DNA from: Prorocentrum cordatum | Lineage: Eukaryota | DNA length: 64,000 bases | Direction: 5' to 3' | Assembly: GCA_963575745.1 (NCBI GenBank) | Contig: CAUYUJ010000140.1 | Coordinates: forward strand, 1 to 64,000 | Shown here: positions 1 through 13,380 of the stretch, piece by piece | Numbering within the stretch: position 1 is the stretch's first letter | Layout of the letters: the number at the start of each line of letters is the position of its first letter | The notes under the pieces: generated by a model | Told to the model about the DNA's origin: nothing | Databases searched by the model: none | Seen by the model: only the letters and a program-made list of their open reading frames with translations | Program-made: the position numbers and the translations under genes

Positions 1-204
1 AAGCGTGTGCCGCATCACGGTGTGCCCCACCAACGCCCTGGAATATGTCTCCCACTCCTCGCGCTGCTGATCCGTGACCTCCCACTCGTGGACGATATCG
101 AGCTCCTTCTCGATAACAGCCAAGAGTGCTTTGTAGAGCTGGTTCACGTGGCTGTAGATGTGGCACACGTACACCAATGCATACAGATCACCGCTTAGAG
201 TGAA

Positions 205-918
205 TCCCACCAGCCCTCTGGGCGTAGGTGGTTTAGGGAGCTTTCTCCCCCTCCCCCGACCCCCCTACCCCCCCTTCCCCTCCTGGACCTGGAGGCCTCC
301 AGGATTAAGATGCCGCGGCATCTCGCTCGGGGGCGATTTCTGGGATATCTTGGGAGCCCTCTGTGGGCCTCTTGGGGTTTCTTGGGGGCAACTTGGGGCT
401 GCCTGGACGCCTCGTTGGGGCTTCTCGGGGGCACCCTGGAGCTCCCGGGGGCTTCCTGGAGGTCTCGGGCAGCAAGATGCCGCGGCATCTCAATAGAGCG
501 ATTTCTGGGATCTCTTGGGAGCCCTCTGGGAGCCTCTTGGGGGCAGCATCTCGCGCATCGTCGGGCGGTCCCGCGCGGAACTGAGTGAGTGGAAGGAATT
601 TGAGCTGGAGCGAGGCCGTGGCAGCCCGACTTCTGAGCAGCGGCCCGACCTACCCTCGACCACGAAATGACAAAACCCACTGGCGACCTCGAAATGTCCT
701 GACCCACCGTCGACCATGAAATCTCCAGACCCACCATCGACGAAACTTCCAGACCCACCCTCGAGCACCCCATCCATCCATCCATCCAGCCTCCTCCTTC
801 TCCTCCTCCTCCATCCATGGCACGGTGGGGCCGTCCCCCTCTTTCCTCCCGCACTTCCCTGATCACCCCAACTTCTTTTCTGGATGGGCTGGTACGGTGA
901 GCGAAGCTTTTAGAATTT
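205..918 (+). mobile_element. Non-autonomous Helitron2-like element, family B
   Basis: Starts TCCCACCAGCCC. Its complement GGGCTGGT lies at ~886-893, followed by the mini-hairpin AGCGAAGCT (900-908) and TTAGAATTT. Similar ends occur at 2696, 23339-24520 and 40641-41905. Removal restores the host reading frame. Confidence 0.65.
645..765 (+). repeat. ~27-bp degenerate tandem repeat (GACCCACCNTCGACCANGAAATNTCCA)
   Basis: 4-5 units; reverse complement of the array at 1381-1495. Confidence 0.7.
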
Positions 919-1380
919 ACCCGCCTTGGGAGTCGCCGCCTCTACGACGCGATAGCACGAGTGCACGCAACACCCAATGGGCACGTAGAGGCAATTCTTC
1001 GGCAGACGAGCATGGGTAGCCCACATCTTCCGGCGGTTGGGCTTCGCGTTGTCGGGGTTCTCGGCCAGGAAGACCCAGGGCAACGTCTCGCACAGCTCGG
1101 CGATCCCATTCAAGTCGAGCTGCCCGCGCCCGCTGTCAACTGCCCTGTAAAGCGTGGACGCCCTACCATTCTCGACGAAGCGCGGCGGGACAATGATCTT
1201 GCGTTGCGTCAGCACCGTGCCACTCCACCAAGCCACGGTCATGCGCTGCGCCAGCAACTCCGCTACTCCCACCTGTCTGGATCATCCGACTGATGATCCT
1301 CATCCCCCATGCCCCTTGCCCTCCGCCAAACACAAAGCAGCCTGACTCTGGGCACTGGGCACTATATAGGCGGCCTGGCT

Positions 1381-1495
1381 CTGGACGAGGGCGGGTCTGG
1401 ACATTTTGTGGTCGAGGGTGGCTCTGGACATTTCGCGGTCGAGGGTGGGTCCGGAAGTTGCGTCGAAGGTGGGTCTGGGCATTTCATGGTCGCAA
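1381..1495 (-). repeat. ~27-bp degenerate tandem repeat, inverted relative to 645-765
   Basis: TCTGGACATTTYGYGGTCGAGGGTGG, about 4 units. Confidence 0.7.
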
Positions 1496-2695
1496 AAAAA
1501 AATCATCCTCCTTCATCCTCCTCCTCGCCCGAGCCCGCCAAGAGGGGAGGGGCGCTGTTAGCGTTGTCGCCCGCTCACCTGCGGGGCATCTCTGTGCAGC
1601 TGCTGGTACTCCTCGAGCGGGATCATTTTCCACCTGCCGTCCTCGACCTGATGCAAGCCCGACCGGCCCTGCAGGCCCTAGGGCGCCAGGGCGCGAGGCG
1701 CGGGCTTTGCGCGGTTTAGTAGAGAGTCAGGGCTTCTCTACCAGAGGGGAGCGGGCAAGCAGGGAGAAGATGGGAGCGGGCCCCGCGACCGAACGCGACG
1801 CGGCGTGGCCGGAACTCCCGCTGCAAGCTCGAAATGTGCCACCCTGGGCACTCGCAAAAACGACATGGTGAAACAGTGATGCGCCACCTCGGGCGTTCGC
1901 GAAAACGACCGCCAGCAATATAGCAATACATCATATATCATTATATCATATATCATATATCAAGGATCCAAGATGGCAAGATGGCCTCCAGAGGACGCCC
2001 CAACAGAGCCCCAAGGGGGCCCCGAGACCTCAGACTCCCGACCTTCTCTCTTCTCCCGTCGGCTCTGAGGGGCTCGCGGGCGATGGGTGATGGGGGGTAC
2101 GCGGAGCGTCTCGAATATCTAGAACACCCCCGCATGTGCTGGGCCATCGCGCCGAACCGAATCCGGATGGGCGCGCAGTCGTACGAGCCGCCGACCCCAG
2201 CCAAGAAGGGCGAGGTGAATCGGTAAAGATGCGAGAGGGGCAAGGGACCGGGGGAAATTGGAAAAAGGGATGTGGGATGTGGGATGTGAGGAATGAGACG
2301 TGGGATGTTGGTTAAGGGATAAAGGTGGGATGTTGGATATGTTGCATGGGATAAAAGGATCAGGGGTACGGGAGGTGTAGTGTGCAGCGGGAGAACGGGA
2401 GATAAGGGATACAGGAGGCGGGATAAAGGTGTCAGGGGACGTGGGATGTAGGATGCCCAGGATGCCAGAGGCGGCGGGCGCAGCCCCCTGCGCACAGGCG
2501 AATGAAGAGCGACCTCTGCTCGAAGCGGAGGTCCATCAACGCCGCGGTGATGGCGCGCTCCTGCGCGTCCAGGTAGATGCCTGGGGGGCCATGGGCCATC
2601 GGAAACGTGAGCAACAACCCCCCAGCCCCTCACTGCCCCGGGGGGGCAGGGGCGAACCTCAAGGTCGATCACCTCATCATCCAGATCATATCCAA

Positions 2696-2930
2696 TCCCG
2701 GATCCAGCCCTCTGGGCGTAGGCAGTCTAGGGCGTTTCCTCTTCCAACCTCCTACTTCCCCTTCGGGGAGGGGTTTACCCCTCCCCCTACCCCCTCCCCT
2801 GGACCTGGACGGGGGGCGCGGCAAGCGGTCAGAGCGCCATGGCCCAGGATGATTCCAAGGGCGCCTCGGAGAGCCCAAGATGAGCTCCAAGATGGCTCAA
2901 GATAGCCTAAAATGCCGCATGATGGCTCCG
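2696..2930 (+). mobile_element. 5' fragment of a family B element
   Basis: CCAGCCCTCTGGGCGTAGG..CCCCTGGACCTGGA is shared with 205-295 and 23339-23550; no 3' hairpin end was found. Confidence 0.55.
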
Positions 2931-3497
2931 AAGACGCTGCCTATCATACCTCATGCCTCATCCAACTCCCCACTCCGAACCCTCTCCACGGCCCCCTCCT
3001 CCCCCCGCCCCCCATCCGCTCATCCACCTTCTCGCGCCGCCCGTCAATCCATACCTCATACCTCATACCTCACGCACCTCATGCCTCATCCTACTCGTCA
3101 TCCCACTCCTCACTCCATTCATCGGATAAGCCGCGCCTGCACACGTGATGGCGCACTCGAGGTGGTGGCCGCCGTCGCCGGACAAGCCCACGACGCCGTC
3201 ATTGCGCGCTGCAGCTCCAGTGCGGCCGACGACGACGCGGCCAATGCCGCCGAACGCCATCCGGATGCTGTGCGGCAGCGACCACGAGTTCACCCTCAAG
3301 GAGTCGGAGGCCTGGCACGGCGCTCTCTCACCCTGCTCCTCCTACCCCTCCTCCCCTCCTCCTGCGCCTCCTCCTTCATCGACATCGCCCCTCACCCTCG
3401 TCCTCTGATCCTTTATCCTTTATCCTTTATCATTTAGCCCTCATCCCGGCCCCTCCTCCTCCCTCCCCACCTCCTCCTCCTCCTCCTCCTCCTACAG

Positions 3498-3516
3498 TTC
3501 AGATGTCACGGGCCCC
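3498..3516 (+). repeat. Left TIR of the giant element (preceded by TSD 3490-3497)
   Basis: TTCAGATGTCACGGGCCCC. Confidence 0.9.
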
Positions 3517-6500
3517 CTTTGAGGCCCCTGGGGAGAAATCTTCGAAATAGCTCATTTTTTTATATAAAAAAAACTATGCGTTTGTCCCTATGACGTGCAT
3601 AAAGGCTCGGAGGTCGAGGAGGTTTGTCCCACCCGCAACGTATTTACGCTCGACATGCGAGCGACATTGTCCGATGCGAAAGAATTGTCTCTGTGAAAAG
3701 GCTTTAGCACTCAAGCCGCGCGCGCGGCATCGCGAAACGTTGCGAGGCCGCGCGAACGCGCTCTGGCCATTGCGCCTGCCACTGGCCGCAACGATAGCGC
3801 ATCGCAGCCCCATGGCGGCTCTGACCAACGCTCGTACCCCAAGCGGCCGTGCCGCCACATGAAGCGAAGCAAAACAACCCCGCGCGCTACCCATTTCAAA
3901 CGCGCTGAACCACGCGCGGCGGCTGCAGCCGAACAGGCCTGCGTCGAAGTGGGAGGCGTTCTGCCAATCCCCCCGCCGCCAACAGAAACCGCCGCCGCGC
4001 GCAAAGGATTAGCGCAAAAGTGCAACCGCTGGTTGCACGATGCAACCACACTTCAACGATTCAGGCCGCGACCCCCCTGGACCATGGCCCCAGCGTCTAC
4101 GCTGGGACCCCGAGACCCCCGCTTCATGAAAGCAGCGGGCTCGCAAGCCTTCAGGCCAACGCAAAGGCGCGCCAACGGCGGGCCAGCGGAAGAGCCAAAA
4201 TTGCGTCGGATAGAGGGGGGAGGGCAAGGAAACGGGCGTGGTGAGGTGGTGGAGGAACCGTGGGGAGCAAGGACAAGGAGGGAACCGATGAAGACACCTA
4301 TTGTTCCCCAGCCGCAGTCGCCACCCGCCATCCCAACCCTGTTGCCACCCTCGCACTCCCCGCCCCGCGTAGGACCCCAAGGCCCATCGGCGGGGTCAGC
4401 GGCGCAGCACCGCCGCCATCGCCTCGGCCTCGGCGAGGCTGAGCGCGGCGTCTGAGGAGGCAGCCGCCAACTGCTCCTAGCGCTCCAGCCACAAGTCCCT
4501 GCGGCGGGCCTCGGCCGCCTTGGCCTCCGCGGCGGCCGCCTGCTCGCAATATTCCATGGCCCAGTGGACCGCGTGCTCGGCGCGCGCGCGGGCCTTGATG
4601 GCCGCGAAGCGCGCCTTGTCCACGGCCGCGTCGGCCTCCTAGGTCGCGGTGGACCGCGGCAGAGACCCGCCGCGCGGTCCCTCGCAGCCAGCCTGCAAGT
4701 CGTCGGCGGCGGCGGCGAGGGGCTCTGAAGCAGCCGCGGCTGCTGGCTCTGGCCCCGCCGCCACTTGGGCGGCGCGGCAAGGGGGGGCTGCCCCATTTCG
4801 GGCACGGCAAGTCGGCATCGACGACTCGCGTGCACTTGGGAGACGGCGCCATCGGCGTCGCCGACGCGCGCGCCTAGGGCGCGAGGCAAGGGGGCGGGGG
4901 CGATCGCGCACTTGCGGCGCAGCGGGCGGCGTGGCATGCGCCCCGACGCCCTCTCGAGGGCGCGGGGCGCTTGGAGGATGACGAACAAGGCAAGCGGAAG
5001 TAGGCGGCGAGGGTAGGGAGGTTGAGGCAGGAAAGCGAGGACGACCACGCGACGATGAAGGGGCCTCTGGGGTGGGAGCACCATGGCAACCATAAGAACA
5101 ATCACGTGGCAAGCTCGGCGGCCATGAGGAGGATGATGATGATGAGGAGGAGGAGGAGGAAGGGGAGGAGGAGGAAGAGGAGAGGTGGGGAGGAGGAGGA
5201 CGAGGAGGAGCAGCAGCAGCAGCAGGAGGAGGCGGAGGGCCAGACGGAGACGGAAGCTCAGGGACGCTGGCGTCTCCGCAGCACGGGAAACGTTGCTCCT
5301 CGGCGCCGTCGCCAGCCGCCCGCGGCTGTAGCAACTACCAGCGTACGAGCGCACGAGTAGCATGAACTCAAGGAAAGGCGCGGCGGACCATCGCGACCAG
5401 GATGGATCTCCGATGAAGGCGGGCTGCACGAGCGCACAAACGCTTCGCGCGACCCCCATCGGTTACCCCATCCTGGTCGCAATTCTCTGTGCCGCCCCTC
5501 TCCCCGAGTTCATCCTACGCGTCGTCCTCGTTGTTGTCTTCATCCTCGCATCCTCCTCCTCCCTCACCGCCGTCGTCCTCGATGTCCCGCGCCCTCCCAC
5601 CCCTCCCCCACGTTGCGTCTTCGTCTGGTTCGTACCTCAGGCGGTGTACCCCCCCGCCCGCGCCCTCATCGTCAGTCAGCGCCCTCCGTCGCCCTCAACC
5701 TCGTTCCACCCTCCTCTTACCTCCATCCGGCCCTCCTCCAACAGCGGCGGAGGGCGCCGCGGCTCGAGCGCACCTACTTGGTGAACTCCATGGCCTTGCA
5801 GGCCTCCATCACCTTCGCCAGTGCTGGATGCATCAGGTGGCTGTACGCGTACGGAGCCTACTTCGAGGCCGCCTGCTGCTTGACGACGAACGAGCTCAGC
5901 GCGGCCTCGTCCTGTGACGCCTCGATCTCTGCCAAGATCCTGCACTCCGCCGTGGAGCACTTCAGCCTGTTGATCGTCTCGAGCGTTTTCTTCATCAGCT
6001 CATCGTCTGGATGCACCTTGAATGTCTGGGCGAAGTCGACCATGTCCTCATACGCGGTCGTGAGGTCCTTCGTGATCTTGTCGATCACGTCAGGGCTCCT
6101 GGTGAAGATCGTCACCATCGCAGCCTTGACGATGGCTTTGAAGGAAGCGTCGGCCTTCAGCTTATCACCCCATGTCTTGCCCTTCTCCGACACGCCGCCC
6201 GCGCCATCGAGCACTGACGGGCCGCCAGCCTTGATCTCGCTGGCCAGCAGGGCAGCCACGATCGCCTTCTTCTCCTGGTAGCCGACGTCGTAGCTCTCGG
6301 CCGCAGCGCGGTAAAGAGCCTCAACCTGGCCTCGAACGCCGTTGAAACTCTCGGTGTCCAAGAACGCAGCCTGCACTTTGGACCACTCCCTCTCCAAGTT
6401 CAGCCATTGGCCATGCAGGCCGCGGAGCTTCACACACTTCACGTCGATCGCCAGACGCTCCTGAGCGGTTGCACCGATGCCCACGTAGTTCACCGCCGCC

Positions 6501-9500
6501 GAATGGAACGCGATGGACGCCTTCACATGGTCTACGAGCAGCTTCTTCTGGCCCTTCCCCTCGGGCGGCACGAACCACACGAGCTGCTCGAGGACCTCTA
6601 CCCAAGTGGAGATCTCCGCCATCTGGTCCGTCCCGCCTGCCCCGAAGAGCAGATCGCGCAAGTGCTGGAACAACTTCTCGACTGCGGTCGTCATCTTCGT
6701 CTCGATGGGCTTGTCGGGGTCTCGCGGAGCACGAACGCCCTGGATCGCAACCATCAGCTCCTGGCGCCAACTCTGGCAGTCAGCTCCTGCCAAGTCGGCG
6801 ATCTCGGTCAGCTTCGCGATCAGAGGCATGAGCTTCTCTTCACTCTCGCTGGCCGCGACCATCGGCTTCACCTTCTCTGCCTTGGCCTTGCACTGCATCC
6901 AAGACAATGCAACACCTGGGAATCGCAGGGAGGCGACCGAGCCCATCATAGTCATGACCGCGTCGGCGTAGGTCACAGCGCTGTCATCAGAGCCCAAAGA
7001 GATCGCCTCGACCCTCTGCTCCAGGATCAAGCCCAACTTCTCGGAAGCCTCGTCGAAGAACTTACCCAACGCAATCTGCAATATCTTGACAACAGTGGTG
7101 TCCGAACCATTCCTGCAGTCGGCCTTCTTAGCACCCCACAACGACAAGCTGGCCGCCAAACTCGCCCGAGCGCTAGGCGAAGTCGGCGTTGCCGTCCCCT
7201 CACAGAACTCAGTCTCCACAATCTCTCTGAACGAAGTGATGGCTGAAGGGTACACCGCGAGCTTCACCATCATGTCGTCGTAGCTTGTCTTCAAAGCCGC
7301 TGATTTCCTGATGCACGGTACGACGAGTGTCGGCGCAACCCTTTTGACCAGCTCCGAGTCGGCATTGGGGCCGAAAAACTTCATGAATGGAACCACGTAC
7401 TTGACATCGGCGGCGTCGGCGATGTGAATCGTCGCGCGCGTGAGCGCGAGCACCGTCTGTATTGCCGACATCTCGTCGGGCCCCATCTCGGAGTGGATGA
7501 ATGAGCACACGATGTTGTCGAACGATCGCAGGTTCATCAAGGAGGCCCCCCCGCCGGTGTCGTCGAAACTCAGCACCAGCGGGCCCAAGATGCCCGATGC
7601 GGCGAAGTATTCAATTTGTTGATCTTCTCCTGGGGGCTCAACGAGAGGGACCGAACCTTCGGGTCGAGCGGGTCGAAGTCGTCGAGGTCCGCGTCGGGGC
7701 CGCCTGGCGCCGTCATCATGATGGCCCCCGTGAGGAACGCTAACTTCGTAACGGTGTCTTCCTGTCCAATTGGCCACTTGGGAACAGCGTTGGCGAGGGC
7801 CCTGTGCACGCAAGCCTCCTGGAGCTGCGCGGGCCACATGACGTCTGCCTTCTTGAGCAGTGTCAGCTCGTCGCCGACGGCATTGAACTCTCCGAACTGG
7901 ATGTGCTTCGTGTCCGAGCACGCCTCCGCGGCCTTCGCGAGCTCCAGGCGCGCATGGAGAAGGTTGGCCTTCTGCAAGTCCGAGGCCGCACCCGAGACAC
8001 GCAGCATTCCGACCTGCCCATGGGGCGCAAGCGCATGAGAACGAAGAATAGTGGTACTACATGGTTTCTTTCGGGTCGGAGGGCATACTACCCTCCCCAC
8101 GCGCCCGCGCTCCCCCTGCGCCTGGGCAGAGGGGCGGCGGGCCATCAGCACAAGCTGATCCAAAATGGCCCCATCACCCCCTCGGGACAGCTAGAATGCA
8201 TTGGCCGCCGCGAGGCTCAAGATAGCCCGATGCCACTTGACGGCCCTCGAGCCATCTAGGCCCAAGCGCCGCCCCACGACAAAGCAACCCCATCGCAGGA
8301 CCCCTCCCCCCACGCAGGCTTGCCCAAGCGGCCAACGCCTTGCAGAAACCAGATGGGGGCCACGAATGCTGCGTCCCGCCGCCGCACTCTCTTGGAAACC
8401 CTCCGCAGCTCGGGCGGGGCGGGGGGGGGGCAACGAGGCCCAATGCAACCCAATGGGCACCGCATGATGCTCCAGGGAGGCCCGAACAACGTTCAGAGCC
8501 ACGCCGGGCCGCCCAAGAGCCGTCAAGGGGAATAGATACGAGGGCCTAGAAGGACGCCAAGAGTCAAACACGCAAATTGCGTGATGCATCTTACCCAGGA
8601 TGGCATGCGTGGGCGGGGGCGAATACTCGAACGCGGAGCCGCGAGGATGGCTGAGATGCGCCCCAGAAAGCCCATGACCCCCCACCCCCCCGATGGCCAA
8701 CCCTAAAGGAACCCCAAGTCGATCAAGGAGCCGCGGGCGCGTCAGAAGACCACCGCCTGCCCCCAAACACATCCGACTAGCGCCCAAGAGCTCCGACACA
8801 TGATGCAGTTACATTGCCCCCTCGAATGGGGCCCATGACACCCGAGCCTCTCCGCACTCGCCAGGGCAAAGACACATGTCCTGCACCGCGCCCGCGACCA
8901 GCCGAGAGGGGGGGAAGGAGGGTGGAGAGAGGGAGGAGGGAGGCGGGAGGAGGGAGGCGGGAGGAGGGAGGAAGGAGGAGGAGGGAGGAGGGGGAAGGGA
9001 GGAGGAGGGGGAGGGAGGAGTGAGGGGTGGCGCACCTCGAGACCGCTCGCGATCCTTCTCCCCTTTCCCCCCGTCCACCCATCCCCCATCGTCCTCTTCC
9101 AGCTCCCCTCGCCATCCAGCCGCGTCCTCCTCCTCCTCCGTCGTCCTCGTCAAATTCCTCTCTCCCCCGCCCCCGTCGCCCCTCTTTAACTCCCACCTCC
9201 TCCTCCTCCTCCTCCTCCCCTTCAACCTCCTGAGCGCCATTGCTACGTGGGCTGGCGGAGATGCGCGAAGCGTCAATCATTGTTCTTTCTCGCGCATGCG
9301 CCTCCTCGAGTGCCCCTGCTTCGTCGAGCCGCCGAGGATCGCGTCAATGTTCAGCTTGTCGTCGTCACCGAGTACGCTCCTCACGGCGTCGGAGTCGCGA
9401 GGAGATCTCGCTGGCGACCTGGCCGGGCCCTTCTCCTCCACGATGGTCTTGCCGCTGGACTTCTTCTGGGCGGCAACTGCTCTGGATGCCAAAGTCGGCA

Positions 9501-10699
9501 CGTTGACAGCCGACAGCGTCCCACCAAAACCATCAGCACTACCACCTGCCTTACTTGGCGTCTCCACGGCGGCCTCGGAAGCACAAGGTGGAGCCGCCAG
9601 TTCCTGGATCTTCCCGTTGACGTCATCCACCGTCAAGGATGCGTTCCTGCAGAGCTTCACGAATGCGTCCTCGTTCTTCGACGGGCAGGTGAGGTAGTCC
9701 AGCATCTTGGCGGCGTGCTTGTCGCACAGCTGACGGGACGGATCCACGAACACCTCCTGGTCTTCAACCTCGATGTTGAAGTACAGCTCGTACGAGACGC
9801 CTGCGGCACCGAAGGAGCCGTCGTCGTGGATGAGGACGCCCTTGAACTTCTCCTGGCTGTAGAACGGCTGCGGGAGGTCCTTCGCGACGAAGCCAAGCTC
9901 TCGGTATTCCTTGCCGAACCTCGCCAGGAACTCCGACGGCCTGAGCCCTCTCATGCGGACGAACGCCTTCGCCCCTGCCATGATATTCTTGGTGACGTGG
10001 CGCGGGAAGAAGTCCTTCTGAGACGGGTCTGTCGACTTCTCCCACGCGACGCAAGCCTTCTCGAATGCGTCGTTGTAATCTTTCTTATGATGGCACTGCT
10101 GGCACACATGCGCCCACGCGCCGTCCATGCTGAACCCGATATTGTACACACACCAACACTTCTTGCAGCCATTGCCATACATGGTCGTCTCCGTCACGAC
10201 TGGTTGCATGATCATCGACCTGGGATGGAAAAAAACACAAGTGGCCATGTTGGAAAATCCCTAACAATTCTTCGTCGGCAAAGTATTAATCTTGGGCGGC
10301 GCGCCCATCGCCGAGCGGGGGCGGGGCGGAACAGATAGGGGAACGGAAGAACGAAGGGCGCCGCGATGGGATTGCGAGGACTACCGCGTGGAATACGCGA
10401 AAACGAATGCCACGATGATGTCTAGAACGCTTCTTCGCTTTGGGGTCGAGGCATGACCCCGCCGACGCGAGCTCTCGGGGCTTAAGACGCGAGCCCTCGC
10501 GGCCTGCGACGCCGCGCCTGGGGCCTGCCACGCGGGGCCCTGGGGCCAGTTCGCGACCGCCTGTGGCCTGCGACTTGGATGCTCAGGGCCCTTCACGCGC
10601 ATCCCTGGGGTGGGGGGGGGGGGGGGCGATGCGAATTCCAAGCGCGCCGCGCGACTCCGACGGCCGAAATCGCCAGGGACCGAAGCCCGCGGCGCGAGT

Positions 10700-12370
10700 T
10701 CCTGGCCCTCCCCCCCACCCCCCCCCCCCACCCCACCACCACACCCACCCCACCCACCACCCACCCACCACCCCACCCCACCTCCCCACCCCACCCCACC
10801 CACCCACCCACCACCCTCACCACCCACCACCCACCACCCTCCCACAACCCACTCCCACAAACACACCCCACACCCACCCCACACAAACCCACACACACAC
10901 CCACACACACACAACACACTTCACACCACACACACATCACAACAACACTCACTCAACACACACACACACACACACTCACACACACACACGCACACACACA
11001 CAAACACACACACACACACACACTCAACACACAAATTACCCCAACCCCCCACCCCACCCCACCCCGCCCGCCCCGCCCGCCCACCCCACCCGCCCTCCCC
11101 ACACCACCCCAGGCTGACGGGGCCGTCTTCTCCAGCATGCGACGGGGGCACTTGGGGCATCGGGCCCAAATCTGCCATGGCACTCGAGTTGGCTCAGACT
11201 GGGCTGACTCGGCTGAGCTAGGCAGGGATGGCCTAGACCATGGCAGGGTTACACGCAGCATGGGCCTGGTAAGACTTTACCACGAGCCTTTGCATTGCGA
11301 GGGGGGGGGGGGGGGGCTGTCAACGGCGCAGCTGTCGCAACTTCTGTAAGCTCCTGGGTAAGCCAGCGGAGTTGTACGCCACGCGATCCAGACGAGATCT
11401 CGCGGCTCCCTGGATAATGAAAGTGGGTGGTAGTGGTGGGAGGGGGGGACGTGGTGATGGGGGGGGCGCGGTGGTGGTGGGGAGGAGTGCGCGTGCGTGC
11501 GCGCGCGTGCGTGCATGCGTTGTGCGCGTGTGTGTGTGTGTGTGTGTGTGCGTGTGCGTGAGGGGCGTGCGTGTGCGTGCATGCGCGCGCGTGTGTGCGC
11601 GCGCGTGTTTGTGCGTGTATGTGCGAGCGTGCATGTGCCAGTGCACGTCCCTGATGTGCGTGTGTGTGCGTGTGCGTGCGTGTGTGTGCATGCGTGCTTG
11701 TGCGGGTGCGTGCGCGCGTGCGCCTCTGTGTGGTGAGTGGGTGGGCGTGTGTGTGTGTGCGTGTGTGCGCGTGCGTGGTGGTGGCGGTGTGGTGATGGTG
11801 GTGGTGGTGCGCAGGTGTGTGTGTGTGTGTGCGGGTGTGTGTGCGTGCCCGCGTGTGTCCGTGCGTGTGTGTGCGTGCGCGTATTGTGGTGGTGTGCACG
11901 CGTCCCTGCGTGTGTGTGTGCGCGTTGTGGGAGCGGTTTGCGTGGCGGTGGTGTGCGTGTGTGTTGTGTTGGGGTGTGTGTGTGTGTGTGCGTGTGTGTG
12001 CGTGTGCGTGCGTGCGCGCGCGTGCGCGCGTGCGCGCGTGCGTGTGTGCGCGTGCGTGGCGTGTTTGCGCGTGTGTGCGTGGTGCGCGTGCGTGTGCGGG
12101 TGGGCGGCGGCGGTGTGCATGCGTGGTCGCGGTGCTAAGTGCGGGTGTTGTTTGGGGAGATACGTAGTTTTATACACAGACGTACATGTGTATATACACG
12201 CGCACACACATTTGTATGTATATAGTTGTATGTGCATGCAAGCATGCATGCATGTGCGTGCACGCATGTGTGGGTGTTTGTATGTGTGTGTGCGCACGTA
12301 CGCACTCGAAGTGGTGGCGGGGGGGGGGGCGGCGGGGGCGCGCGGTCTGCGCGCGTGCGCGCGCGCGCGG
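10700..12370. repeat. Low-complexity CA/CCA tract (10700-11110) and GT/GC microsatellite tract (11480-12370)
   Basis: Directly visible dinucleotide runs. Confidence 0.9.
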
Positions 12371-12589
12371 CGGGGCGGTGGCGGAGCGGGGAGGGGGGGG
12401 CGGGGGGGAGGGGGCAACTGTCACCGCGCCATGTGTCATCTCGAAAGGGCCAGTCCTTGTTATAGCAGTCATTGCTATAGGATGGGTCGGGCACGCACAT
12501 GGCGGTTGTCGCGCGCGCGGGGCGGCGCTTACCAACGCGGCGGTCGTAGGTTCCGTTCCGTTCGCTCGTGCTTGCGCGCGGCGCCAAGT

Positions 12590-13380
12590 GCGGGCGCGAT
12601 TGCATCGGGCAGATGCCCATCTCTGGCGCCCGCCTCGCAGGAAGGCGAGGTTGCGTTTGGGAAATTTCTCTCCACGGGTGCGATGTTTTTCTCTGCGCGC
12701 GCGATCTATTTCCCCCATGGGTGCGATCTATTCTCTCCAAGGGCGCGATGGACATCCCCCGCGGGCGCGATGCATTTTCCCCAGGGGTGCGTTCTCCCCG
12801 TGGGCGCGATTGATTTTCTCCGCGGGCGCGATTTATTTTCTCCGCGGCTGCAAATCAGTTTCTCCGTGGTTGTGGTTGATTTGCTCCGCGGGCGCGGTTC
12901 CCCCCCCCCGCGGGCGCGATGCATTTTCTTCGCGCGCGCGATTATTGCTCCGAAGGCGCGATTGTTTTTTCTCCGCGCGGGCGATTTTCCCGCGGGCGCG
13001 AATTCATTCCCCTGGGTGCTATTGTTTTTGTTACTCAGCGGGCGCGGTTGTGTTTAGCCGCGTGCGCGAATTATTCCCTCCATGGGCGCGATTTATTTTC
13101 CCCGTGGACGCGATCGATTTTCTCCGTGGGCGCGGTTCAATGTTCCGTGAATGCGTTTTCTTCGCCGCGGGCGAGATCTATGTTCTCCCCTCGCGCGATT
13201 GTTTCTCCGCGGGCGCGATTTATTTTCCCCGAGGGTGATATGCGCGGTTTATTCTTCCGTGGGCGCGATGCATTTTTTCCGCGAACACGATTCATTTCCG
13301 CGGGTGCGATTGATTTTCGCAGCGGGTGCGATTCATCTTCTCCATGGGCGCAATTTAGCATTCCCCGTGGGCGAGATTTA
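12590..13380 (+). repeat. Degenerate ~21-23-bp minisatellite (CCGCGGGCGCGAT + T-rich spacer)
   Basis: The core GGGCGCGAT recurs every ~20-25 bp throughout. Confidence 0.75.

Larger units (their letters stand above)
1..3311 (-). pseudogene. hAT-like DDE transposase gene 2 (5' part, multi-exon, runs off the left edge, disrupted by an insertion at 205-918)
   Basis: Exon-like segments: 3311-3137 (ASDSLRVNSWSLPHSIRMAFGGIG), ~2230-2043 (GGSYDCAPIRIRFG, candidate first Asp), 1272-919 (PDNAKPN..GCCVH, second Asp plus CxxH) and 204-1 (FTLSGDLYALVYVCH). Removing 205-918 joins the last two in frame. Confidence 0.6.

Noticed and set aside
195..920. GT..AG intron created by the family B element (donor 920, acceptor 196-195)
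   Set aside because: Donor phase 1 and acceptor phase 2 are incompatible; exact excision of 205-918 explains the frame better.
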